Origin: Myxococcota bacterium
Lineage (GTDB): Bacteria; Myxococcota_A; UBA796; CAJQPC01
NCBI GenBank assembly: GCA_036229005.1
Contig: JAZAMN010000013.1
Coordinates: 1 to 49,853, forward strand
Direction: 5' to 3'
Length of the DNA: 49,853 nucleotides
The position numbers were made by a program, and so were the translations under genes. The notes beneath the pieces were generated by a model. The model did not search any database. It saw only the letters and a program-made list of their open reading frames with translations, and was not told the origin of the DNA. Within the stretch, counting starts at the first letter, position 1, and the number at the start of each line of letters is the position of its first letter. Below are positions 1 to 8,024 of this stretch, in pieces.

Positions 1-59
1 GGGAGGGGGCGCGAAGGCGGGGGGGGGGAGGCGCATTTTCGCCCGCCTTGGGTACGCTG

Positions 60-1250
60 TCAATGCTCCTGGGCGGCCTCTTGAGCGCGTCGCAGGAGGC
101 TCCGGGCTCCAGGCAGCAGGCCCTCGCTGTCGGCCGTGGTCCCGCCGATGGCGTCCAGCTTGGGGATCCCGGCGTTGTAGAGGCGTTGTTCGACCACCAG
201 GCGCCCCACCTTGTCCGTCTCGGAGAGCACCACGGCCCAGCCGCCGTCCCACCACGCATACTCGTCGCTCGCGCGGAGCTGAGGGGCGAGCTGCTCCCAG
301 TGCTTGGGGCTGGGGCCGGCGAGCCAGAGGACCGAGACAGGGAGGTTCCGCTCGCTGATGGCGTCCAGGCAGCCCCGCAGCAGGCTGTAGAGGCTGGGCT
401 CGGAGATGGCTCCGGTGATGGGGTCGCGCTCGGGCGGGCGGCGCTGGGCCTGGTCCCGGATGCTGCGCTGGACGGCGCGGCGTTGGCTCTCCAGCTCGTC
501 GAGGTTGCGCGAGAGGGACTGGTAGCTGCGGCTGACGTAGAGGGCGGAGGGGCCCGCGTGGCGCTCCAGCTCCTGCCAGGTGGGCTGCTCCTCCACCGGC
601 CAGTTCAGTTGGGCTGCGAAGGTGGGGAGGGCCTCGCGCAGGGCCTGGAACAACGCTCTGGGCTGGAGGGTGACCCGGGCGGGCAGATCAGCGAGGGCCC
701 GCTCCAGCGAGGTCATCGTTCCGGTCGCGGCCTCGGCCTGGGTGAGGTCGGCGAGGGCGTCCGCGGCACGCGAGATGGCCAGCAGGCGCTGCATCCGTCT
801 GCTGGCCAGCCGCTGGGTCGGGTCGTGGTGGGCGAGCACCAGCGGGATGAAGCTGCGGGGCAGGCCCCAGCGCTCGGAGGCCTCTACGTAGGCCTGGGCG
901 TGGTCCTTGCCGAAGGTGGCGCGCTCGCTGAGGATCCGCCGGGCGGCGGGCTGGTTGGCCATGTCCTCGAGGGCAGGGGCCTTCTCGGGGTCGCGCAGCG
1001 CCAGGTGCACCAGCGGCAGGTCCAGGACGAGTCCGAGCGCGAAGGCCTCCTCGGCGTCGACCGCGCCGGCGGCGGTCGCGATCACGTAGGCAGCGACGCC
1101 CCTGCGCAGCATGTCCTCGAACACCCAGTCCACCCGGATGCCCTCGATCGCCGCGTCACGAAGGGCCGCCCGCAGGCGCTCGGCGACGTCGATGGTCGCG
1201 CGCGTGCTGGGGCCGGTGGGCAGGGACGGTGGCTTCGATTGCGGCAGCAT
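60..1250 (-). CDS. HDOD-like domain protein with C-terminal degenerate GGDEF-like domain
   Basis: ATG at 1250 (MLPQSKPPSLP). HDOD-like motifs EEAFALGLVLDL and ERATFGKDHA..WGLP..LAHHDP. The C-terminus has RDPITG..LRASD..WWDGGW where GGDEF would lie. Confidence 0.7.
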   Translation of the reverse strand: MLPQSKPPSLPTGPSTRATIDVAERLRAALRDAAIEGIRVDWVFEDMLRRGVAAYVIATAAGAVDAEEAFALGLVLDLPLVHLALRDPEKAPALEDMANQPAARRILSERATFGKDHAQAYVEASERWGLPRSFIPLVLAHHDPTQRLASRRMQRLLAISRAADALADLTQAEAATGTMTSLERALADLPARVTLQPRALFQALREALPTFAAQLNWPVEEQPTWQELERHAGPSALYVSRSYQSLSRNLDELESQRRAVQRSIRDQAQRRPPERDPITGAISEPSLYSLLRGCLDAISERNLPVSVLWLAGPSPKHWEQLAPQLRASDEYAWWDGGWAVVLSETDKVGRLVVEQRLYNAGIPKLDAIGGTTADSEGLLPGARSLLRRAQEAAQEH

Positions 1251-1304
1251 GCCCTCCGGAGATCGGTCGCCTGTACGGAATCTGAAGCATAGACTTTGGG
1301 CCTG

Positions 1305-2030
1305 ATGCTGTTGATCTCCCTGCTGGCCTGCGCCGACCACGACGCCACGCTTCAGCCCCTGGTGAACGCGCGGGCGGAGCAGATCGCCCGGGACGCGGAG
1401 CTCGCCTGCCGCCTGGGCCTCGCGGGGGGCGGGATGGTGGCCGAGCTGGCGCCCCAACAGGTGAGCTGGTGGGCGGGGCACGTCGGAGCGGGCGTTGACC
1501 TCCACCCGGACACAGCCTCCGTGCTGGGGCTGTCCGAGCCCGGGGTGGTGAGCCAGGACATGGAGACTGGGGCGATCCTCCTCCGCTGGGAGGACGTGGA
1601 GTTCTCCCCGGACATCTGGGGGCGGGTCGAGCTCGACGTGCTGAGGCCGCAGACCTCCTGGGTGTTGCGCTTTGAGCAGGAGCCCGACAGTCCGCCCCGG
1701 CTGGAGGCGGAGGCGCGCTTTCGCACGCTGGACGTGGACGGGGATCCCCAGGTCCAGGGCGAGCTGATGTTCGAGACCGCAGAGCGCTCGCAGACGCTCA
1801 CCCTGCCGGAGGGCGAAGCCGGGATGCGCTGGCCCGCTGGAGGCGGCTACTGGCCGGCGGAGGGGCAGTTCACCTGGGCCGAGTCCTGGCAGAGCACCAC
1901 GCGCAGCCTGGAGGCGCTGGAGGAGGGGGGAGAGGCCTCTGGGCAGTCGTGGGCGGTCGTTGTCACCGCCGAGGACTGGTCCGATCGACAGATCCTTGAG
2001 CTCTCAAGGCACGCGAGGAGCGGCGAATAG
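1305..2030 (+). CDS. hypothetical lipoprotein
   Basis: MLLISLLAC lipobox-like N-terminus, typical codon pattern, no recognised domain. Confidence 0.6.
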   Translation: MLLISLLACADHDATLQPLVNARAEQIARDAELACRLGLAGGGMVAELAPQQVSWWAGHVGAGVDLHPDTASVLGLSEPGVVSQDMETGAILLRWEDVEFSPDIWGRVELDVLRPQTSWVLRFEQEPDSPPRLEAEARFRTLDVDGDPQVQGELMFETAERSQTLTLPEGEAGMRWPAGGGYWPAEGQFTWAESWQSTTRSLEALEEGGEASGQSWAVVVTAEDWSDRQILELSRHARSGE

Positions 2031-2048
2031 CGTCCCGCGGGCCGCAGC

Positions 2049-2732
2049 TCAGAAGGCCAGCCCCATCCAGCAGCTCAGGCCCATCCCGGCCCCGAGCTGC
2101 CCCTGCACGCCGGCCGAGAGGTAGCTGGGGGTTCGGCCGGGCGCGCTCAGGTTCTCGGAGCGGAGCTCGCCGCCAACGAGCACGCCGGTCCATTGGTGGG
2201 GGTGCAGAATGAGCTGCACGTCGTCCACCTTCATGTCCAGCTCCAGGTCGCCCCAGGGGGAGAACTCCGGGCCGGCCCAGATGGTGGCCCCCTGTTCTCC
2301 GGAGCCCCAGAGCACCTGGGGGGAGAGCTGGAGGTTCCAGAGCGCGCTGCTGCTGTGGTCTTCGCCGCTGCGGGAACGCCCCCAGGCCTGGTTGTACTGA
2401 GCGCTGATCGCGGGGCGGATGCCGCGTCCGGGCCAGGCGAGCGAGGCGCCAGCGCTGAACGCCGGCCCAAGGCCCGTGTGACCACTGCCCGCCGCGCTGA
2501 GCTGCCCGTAGCGAGCGGTCACCCAGACAGCGAAGGGATCGACGGGGCGCAAGCCAACGCGGAGGCCCGTGTGGGCCTCGCTCAGGGTGGAGACGCACCG
2601 GTCTCCGCTGCACCCCTCGGCCTTCCAGGCGCTGGACCGGGTCCCCCCGATCCAGTCCGCCGAGACCAGAGACTCCCCCGCATGTCTCCCGGGGTTGGGC
2701 AGCGGCGCCGCCCAAGTCTCCCCGAGGGACAA
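2049..2732 (-). CDS. probable outer-membrane beta-barrel protein (start uncertain)
   Basis: Alternating amphipathic strands and C-terminal W-x-G-x-x-F. An in-frame hydrophobic stretch LILLLL extends upstream to about 2747. Confidence 0.55.
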   Translation of the reverse strand: MSLGETWAAPLPNPGRHAGESLVSADWIGGTRSSAWKAEGCSGDRCVSTLSEAHTGLRVGLRPVDPFAVWVTARYGQLSAAGSGHTGLGPAFSAGASLAWPGRGIRPAISAQYNQAWGRSRSGEDHSSSALWNLQLSPQVLWGSGEQGATIWAGPEFSPWGDLELDMKVDDVQLILHPHQWTGVLVGGELRSENLSAPGRTPSYLSAGVQGQLGAGMGLSCWMGLAF

Positions 2733-2743
2733 GAGAAGGAGGA

Positions 2744-2977
2744 TCAGCGGTTGGTCCCGGTGCTTCCGATCTTGCCGCTGTCGAGCATCGACTTGACGTC
2801 GTCACCCAGGGCCTGGACGCCGTCCTCGAAGGGGTCGAGGAAGATGTAGGCGGCCGCGACCACCGCGATGACGATCACGGAGATGAGCAGCAGGTACTCG
2901 ACCGTGGACTGGCCACCCTCCTCATCGATGAAGGCGGCGCTGCTGTCCTGGAAGAAGGAACGGATCATGGGAAGCAT
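2744..2977 (-). CDS. Flp/Fap family type IVb pilin
   Basis: DEEGGQSTVEYLLLISVIVIAVVAA: prepilin G cleavage site, E+5/Y+6 Flp motif and hydrophobic helix, about 77 aa. Confidence 0.85.
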   Translation of the reverse strand: MLPMIRSFFQDSSAAFIDEEGGQSTVEYLLLISVIVIAVVAAAYIFLDPFEDGVQALGDDVKSMLDSGKIGSTGTNR

Positions 2978-3025
2978 GGACGGAATCCTCGATGGCTGAC
3001 CGAGCATAGCACCGGCGCTCGGAAA

Positions 3026-4537
3026 TCAGAGATCAAAGCTGATCCCCTGGGCCAGGGGGAGCTCCTTGCTGTAGTTCAGGGTGCAGGTCTGACGGCGCAT
3101 GTAGGACTTCCAAGCGTCGGAACCGGACTCGCGGCCGCCGCCGGTGTCCTTCTCGCCGCCGAAGGCGCCGCCGATCTCAGCGCCGCTGGTGCCGATGTTC
3201 ACGTTGGCGATCCCGCAGTCGCTGCCAGCGGGGCTGAGGAAGGTCTCGGCCGCGCGGAAGCCGCCGGTGAAGATGGCGGAGGACAGGCCCTGGTCCACGC
3301 TGTTCTGGGACGCGATGGCGTCCTCCAGATCGGCGTAGGTGAAGAGGTAGAGGATGGGGGCGAAGGTCTCCTCGCGCCACATCTCCATCTCATCGTTGGC
3401 CTGCACGATGACGGGCTTGACGAAGAAGCCCTCGCGGTCGACCTGGCCGCGCTCGGTGAGCAGCTCGCCGCCCTCGGCGACGATGCTGTCCAGGGCGTCG
3501 TCGTACATCTTGATGGCGTCGGCGTCGATCAGGGGACCCATCAGGGTGCCCTTGGCCAGGGGATCGCCGATGCGCACCTGCCCGTAGGCCTTGACCAGGC
3601 GGGCGGTGAACTCCTCGGCGATGTCCTGGTGCAGGTACACGCGGCGGGTGCTGGTGCAGCGCTGACCGGCGGTGCCCACGGCGCCGAAGAGGATGCCCAT
3701 CAGGGCCAGATCCAGATCGGCGTCGGGCTCGACGATGATGGCGTTGTTGCCGCCCAGCTCCAGCAGGCTGCGGCCCAGGCGCTTGGCGACGGTGGTGGCC
3801 ACGTGGCGGCCCATGCGGGTGGAGCCGGTGGCCGAGATCAGGGGGAGGCGGCGGTCGTTGATCATCGTCTCGCCGACCTCCTGGTCGTCGCCGATGATCA
3901 GGGTGAACACGCCGCCGAAACCGTTGGCCTTGAGGACCTCGTTGCAGATCTTGTGGGTGGCGATCGCGGTCAGGGGCACCTTGAGGGAGGGCTTCCAGAT
4001 CACGCTGTCACCGCAGATGGCGGCCAGCATGGAGTTCCAGGCCCACACGGCGTTGGGGAAGTTGAAGGCGGAGATCACGCCGACCACACCCAGGGGCTGC
4101 CACTGCTCGTACATGCGGTGGCCGGGGCGCTCGCTGTGCATGCTCAGGCCGTAGAGCATCCGGGACTGGCCGACGGCGAAGTCGGCGATGTCGATGGACT
4201 CCTGGACCTCACCCAGGCCCTCCTGGAGGATCTTTCCGCACTCCAGGGTCACGAGGCGGCCGAGGTCCTCCTTGTGGGCGCGCAGGGCCTCGCCCATCTG
4301 GCGCACGATCTCACCGCGCTTGGGGGCGGGCAGCATGCGCCAGCGCTTGAAGGCCTCCTGGGCGACGGCCACGGTCTCCTCGTAGTCCTCGACCGAGGCG
4401 AGCTGCACCTTGGCGATGACCTTGCCGGTGCTGGGGTCGATGGACTCGATGATCCGGCCGGAGCACTCCTTGGCGTCGGGCAGCCAGCAGCCGCTGTTGA
4501 GGGGCTCGATACCAAGGCGGGAGAGGAAGTCGTGCAC
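3026..4537 (-). CDS. aldehyde dehydrogenase, ALDH7/antiquitin (piperideine-6-carboxylate dehydrogenase)-like
   Basis: ISAFNFP, ATGST, LELGGNNA, GTAGQRCT, EETFAP, GAEIGGAFGGEKDTGGGRESGSDAWK. Confidence 0.93.
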   Translation of the reverse strand: MHDFLSRLGIEPLNSGCWLPDAKECSGRIIESIDPSTGKVIAKVQLASVEDYEETVAVAQEAFKRWRMLPAPKRGEIVRQMGEALRAHKEDLGRLVTLECGKILQEGLGEVQESIDIADFAVGQSRMLYGLSMHSERPGHRMYEQWQPLGVVGVISAFNFPNAVWAWNSMLAAICGDSVIWKPSLKVPLTAIATHKICNEVLKANGFGGVFTLIIGDDQEVGETMINDRRLPLISATGSTRMGRHVATTVAKRLGRSLLELGGNNAIIVEPDADLDLALMGILFGAVGTAGQRCTSTRRVYLHQDIAEEFTARLVKAYGQVRIGDPLAKGTLMGPLIDADAIKMYDDALDSIVAEGGELLTERGQVDREGFFVKPVIVQANDEMEMWREETFAPILYLFTYADLEDAIASQNSVDQGLSSAIFTGGFRAAETFLSPAGSDCGIANVNIGTSGAEIGGAFGGEKDTGGGRESGSDAWKSYMRRQTCTLNYSKELPLAQGISFDL

Positions 4538-4620
4538 GGAAGCCTCGCTGGGAGTGGGGGGTCAGGCGCGGCAGGTAGCACGTCCCGCAGGAGTATGCTG
4601 CCCCCCTGCCTGGAGGCCCC

Positions 4621-5616
4621 ATGCTGCCCGTACTGCTCAGCTCGATCGCGCTCGCCGCAGACCCCGTCGCGCTGGAGGTCGTGTCCAAGGCCCAGAAGGG
4701 CCAGGGCACCCCTGAGCTTGTGCTCGTGGTCAACCAAGACGCAACGAAGCTGGATGTCGAGGTCTCCTGCGGCGGCGCGACCGCCAACACGCACGGAGGC
4801 GCCAGCGCCGGGGAGCGCATCTCGCTGCCCCTGGACGCCCGCATCGGGAAGCACCGCTGCACGGGCAGCCTGGCCGCGGAGTTCAGCGACGGCAGCGCCG
4901 GTGAGATGCCCCTGTCCTTTGAGATCGAGGTGTTGCCCGCGCTGGTGGTCAGCGTGCCCCGGGACGCCATCGACATGGAAGCGCAGACCCTGAGCGTGGT
5001 CATGGATCGGCAGCCCGGTCGGGTCGAGGTCCAGGCCTATGGAGTGGGGAACGTGCTGTTGGGGGAGGCCAGCGTGCCCGCGCTCGGAGAGGGGCCGGGG
5101 CAGCCCATCAGCGTGCAGTGGCCGGGAGAGGGGGAGGTGATCCGGCTGCACGTGAAGGCCTACGACGCCGACGGCTTCTGGACCGCCGTGGACCTGCTGC
5201 CCTGGTACTACGAGATCCCGCACGAGGACGTGGTGTTCGAGTCCGGCAAGGCGGAGATCCTGGCCAGCGAGGAGCCCAAGCTGGAGGCCGCGCTGGCCGA
5301 GGTCGACAAGGTGCTGGCCAAGTACGGCAGCGTGGCCGAGGTCAAGCTCTACGTGGGCGGCTACACCGACACCGTGGGGGACCGGAAGCTGAACCAGCGC
5401 CTCAGTCAGGAGCGCGCGGCGGCCATCGCGCGCTGGTACCGCCAGCACGGCTTCGAGGGCGAGATCTACTTCCAGGGCTTCGGCGAGGAGGGGCAGGCGG
5501 TCGCCACCCCCGACAACACCGACCAGCCCGAGAACCGGCGCGCGGTCTATGTGCTCGCGGCGGAGGCCCCCCCCGTCAACCCCCAGATGCCTCGCGGCAT
5601 GTGGCAGAAGCTCTGA
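4621..5616 (+). CDS. secreted OmpA-family protein
   Basis: Signal peptide. C-terminal OmpA-like domain (GGYTDTVG..NQRLSQERA..ENRRA). Confidence 0.88.
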   Translation: MLPVLLSSIALAADPVALEVVSKAQKGQGTPELVLVVNQDATKLDVEVSCGGATANTHGGASAGERISLPLDARIGKHRCTGSLAAEFSDGSAGEMPLSFEIEVLPALVVSVPRDAIDMEAQTLSVVMDRQPGRVEVQAYGVGNVLLGEASVPALGEGPGQPISVQWPGEGEVIRLHVKAYDADGFWTAVDLLPWYYEIPHEDVVFESGKAEILASEEPKLEAALAEVDKVLAKYGSVAEVKLYVGGYTDTVGDRKLNQRLSQERAAAIARWYRQHGFEGEIYFQGFGEEGQAVATPDNTDQPENRRAVYVLAAEAPPVNPQMPRGMWQKL

Positions 5617-5628
5617 GCCTCCGGGTCG

Positions 5629-6456
5629 TCACATCGGGCCAGCAGCGCTGACCCGCCTCCGCCGCACCAAGAGCAGCAACATGCCTGCCAGGAAGGGGCC
5701 GCCCCCCTCCCAAGTTGCGCAGCCCCCACCACCCAGTGAGGCGTCCTGGCAGGCATCCCCCATCCCGTTGCCGTCCGTGTCGACCTGCCATGGATTCGGG
5801 CGGTCCACGCAGTTGTCGCAGGCGTCACCGACGCCGTCTTGGTCCTGATCCTCTTGGCCCGGGTCCGCGTGCTCCGGGCAGACATCGCACTCGTTGCCGA
5901 AGCCGTCCTCGTCAGCGTCCCACTGCATCAGGTTGCTGTGCTCGGGGCAGTTGTCGCAGGCATCGCCGATCCTGTCGCCGTCCCCGTCGAGTTGGTCCAG
6001 GTTTGCAGCGCCCGGGCAGTTGTCGCAGACATCCCCCAGGGTGTCGCGGTCCACGTCGCTCTGGTCCGGGTTGTGCGTGTCCGGGCAGTTGTCGCAGACA
6101 TCGCCGGCGTCGTCGCAGTCCGCGTCGAGCTGGTCCAGGTTCGGGACCAGCGGGCAGTTGTCGCACTCCAGGACGACTCTGAGGTGGGCCTGGCCGCTCT
6201 CATCCTCCAGAATGACCTCGCCGGCGCCCAGACCGTCACGGTCTTTGTCCAGCTCCCAGACTGGGATGGTGCAGGCAAAGTCTCCGTAGTTCCAGAATCC
6301 GTCCCGACTCTCCCCCTCCACACACAGGGGCTGCGCGGGGTCGACCAGCGGCTCCAGGCTCACGTCGATGCCGTTGCAGTTCAGGTCCTGGGTCAGAGTG
6401 GTGTTCTCGCACTCCTGGCCGAGCGCGGCCGCGATGCACAACAGCAGGGCGCTCAT
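5629..6456 (-). CDS. thrombospondin type-3 repeat surface protein with MYXO-CTERM-like sorting signal
   Basis: Six ~23-aa CDNCPxxxNxDQxDxDxDxxGDxC repeats. C-terminal GGGGC, then a hydrophobic stretch, then RRRR. Confidence 0.85.
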   Translation of the reverse strand: MSALLLCIAAALGQECENTTLTQDLNCNGIDVSLEPLVDPAQPLCVEGESRDGFWNYGDFACTIPVWELDKDRDGLGAGEVILEDESGQAHLRVVLECDNCPLVPNLDQLDADCDDAGDVCDNCPDTHNPDQSDVDRDTLGDVCDNCPGAANLDQLDGDGDRIGDACDNCPEHSNLMQWDADEDGFGNECDVCPEHADPGQEDQDQDGVGDACDNCVDRPNPWQVDTDGNGMGDACQDASLGGGGCATWEGGGPFLAGMLLLLVRRRRVSAAGPM

Positions 6457-7964
6457 GGGACCACCTCCAGCTCGAAGTCGTCTTCGTCCAGGGTGAAGTC
6501 GGGCTCGGGTTCGGGCTCGGGCTCCAGGACAGGGCGCGGGGGCTGGACCACGGGGACCGGCTCGCCAGACCAGGGGAGCGGGGTGTGATCCGGGTACTCG
6601 GGGCTCAGGTCCAGGGGGTGGAGCTGGTGGACGATCTGGAAGACCACGCGGCGGCTCTCCTGCTGACCCTGCAGAGGCTCGACCTCGCCCATGCCCCGGA
6701 AGCTCAGGCGGTGGGGGTGCACCCCGGCGAGCACCAGCGCCTCGTAGATCGACTGGGCCCGCTCGGTGGACAGCGCGTAGTTGCTCTCGTGGGAGCCCTC
6801 CACGCTGGCGTGCCCGACGACGGTGACGTGCGCGAGCTCGGGGTGCTGGGCCATCAACTCCGCGACGGCGTCCAGGACGGGCTGGGACTCGGGCAGGATG
6901 CGGGCGGTCCCTTGGACGAAGAGGATCGGCTCGCTGATGCGGATCTCGTCGTCCACCACCTGAGCCAGGCCGTTGCTGGACACCTTGGGCTCCTCGGCGC
7001 CGGCGAGGTCAACGAGCTGCTGAGGCGGACCCTGTTCGGGCACCAGGTGGCGGTTCTGGACGGGCGCGTCGGAGGGGACCTTGGGGCTGGCGGGCAGCTC
7101 GCTGGGCTTGGGCCTGCCGACCCCCATCTGCTTGAGGCTGGCGGTGCCCGGGAGCAGCAGCCACATCCGCGCGCGGGTGGTGCCCAGGCCCCGACTCAGG
7201 CCGCGCCCCATGCCCAGGCTGCCCGCGCTGCCGCGTAGACCCAACAGGGCCTCGGTGCTGTGCTCTTCGAAGCCGGTCGCGGACGGCACGCTGCTGCGGT
7301 GCACCGCCCAGACCACGTCCAGCCCCGAGGACAGGGGGACGCTGCCACCGGCCCGAATCTGCAGCTCATTGCCGGCGCTGTAGTTGGCCAGGGTGGGGGT
7401 CTGGGCGCGGTGGAGTGCGCCGAGCTCCACGCTCAGGGAGAGCGCCTGCCCGTGTCGCTCCAGGACCCCGGAGAGGGCGGTGCGGGTGCCCATCTCCGCC
7501 AGGTAGGCGTCGGGGGTCCCCAGGGGCGCGTAGACCCGGCCGTGCACGCCCAGCTTCCAGACGGGGCGGTCCATCGCGGTGAGGGTGATCGCGAGCTGCG
7601 GGTTGCCCCAGGCGATGCCGTCATCCGGCGCGTAGAGGGTGGCCCCCGCGAACTGGCGGGCGACGGGGATCGAGGCCACCGCCCGGAAGCGCCCGTGCTC
7701 GAAGCCCAGCGATGGGGCGGCGTAGAAGCGGTTGGTGACCACCGGCTCTCGGGAGCCCGAGCTCGCGCTGAGGGTCACCGGGTCCAGGTCCGCGCTCAAG
7801 AGCAGGCCGGGCAGCAGTCCCTCGCTGGCGCCAGGGAGCCGCACGATGCCCGCGATGGGCTCCGCCCCGAGGGTTGGGCGCAGGAGCTGGGTGTCCACGG
7901 ACAGCCCCTCATCCAGGGCGCCTTGGGCTTGGGCAACAGCGCTGGCGACCAGCAGGGACAGCAC
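6453..7964 (-). CDS. OmpA-family protein with N-terminal beta-barrel-like region (TraB-like architecture)
   Basis: Signal peptide, long amphipathic beta region, Pro-rich linker and OmpA domain (VVGHAS..NYALSTERA..SRRVVF). Overlaps the downstream gene by 4 bp. Confidence 0.8.
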   Translation of the reverse strand: MLSLLVASAVAQAQGALDEGLSVDTQLLRPTLGAEPIAGIVRLPGASEGLLPGLLLSADLDPVTLSASSGSREPVVTNRFYAAPSLGFEHGRFRAVASIPVARQFAGATLYAPDDGIAWGNPQLAITLTAMDRPVWKLGVHGRVYAPLGTPDAYLAEMGTRTALSGVLERHGQALSLSVELGALHRAQTPTLANYSAGNELQIRAGGSVPLSSGLDVVWAVHRSSVPSATGFEEHSTEALLGLRGSAGSLGMGRGLSRGLGTTRARMWLLLPGTASLKQMGVGRPKPSELPASPKVPSDAPVQNRHLVPEQGPPQQLVDLAGAEEPKVSSNGLAQVVDDEIRISEPILFVQGTARILPESQPVLDAVAELMAQHPELAHVTVVGHASVEGSHESNYALSTERAQSIYEALVLAGVHPHRLSFRGMGEVEPLQGQQESRRVVFQIVHQLHPLDLSPEYPDHTPLPWSGEPVPVVQPPRPVLEPEPEPEPDFTLDEDDFELEVVP

Positions 7965-8024
7965 GGAGGTCTCCTCTCTCGGGGGCCTTGGTGTCGCCTG
8001 CCGGAGGGATCCTTCACGAAAAGA

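Noticed and set aside
1..30. Poly-G run at the window start
   Set aside because: Truncated context and possible homopolymer error, so it cannot be interpreted.
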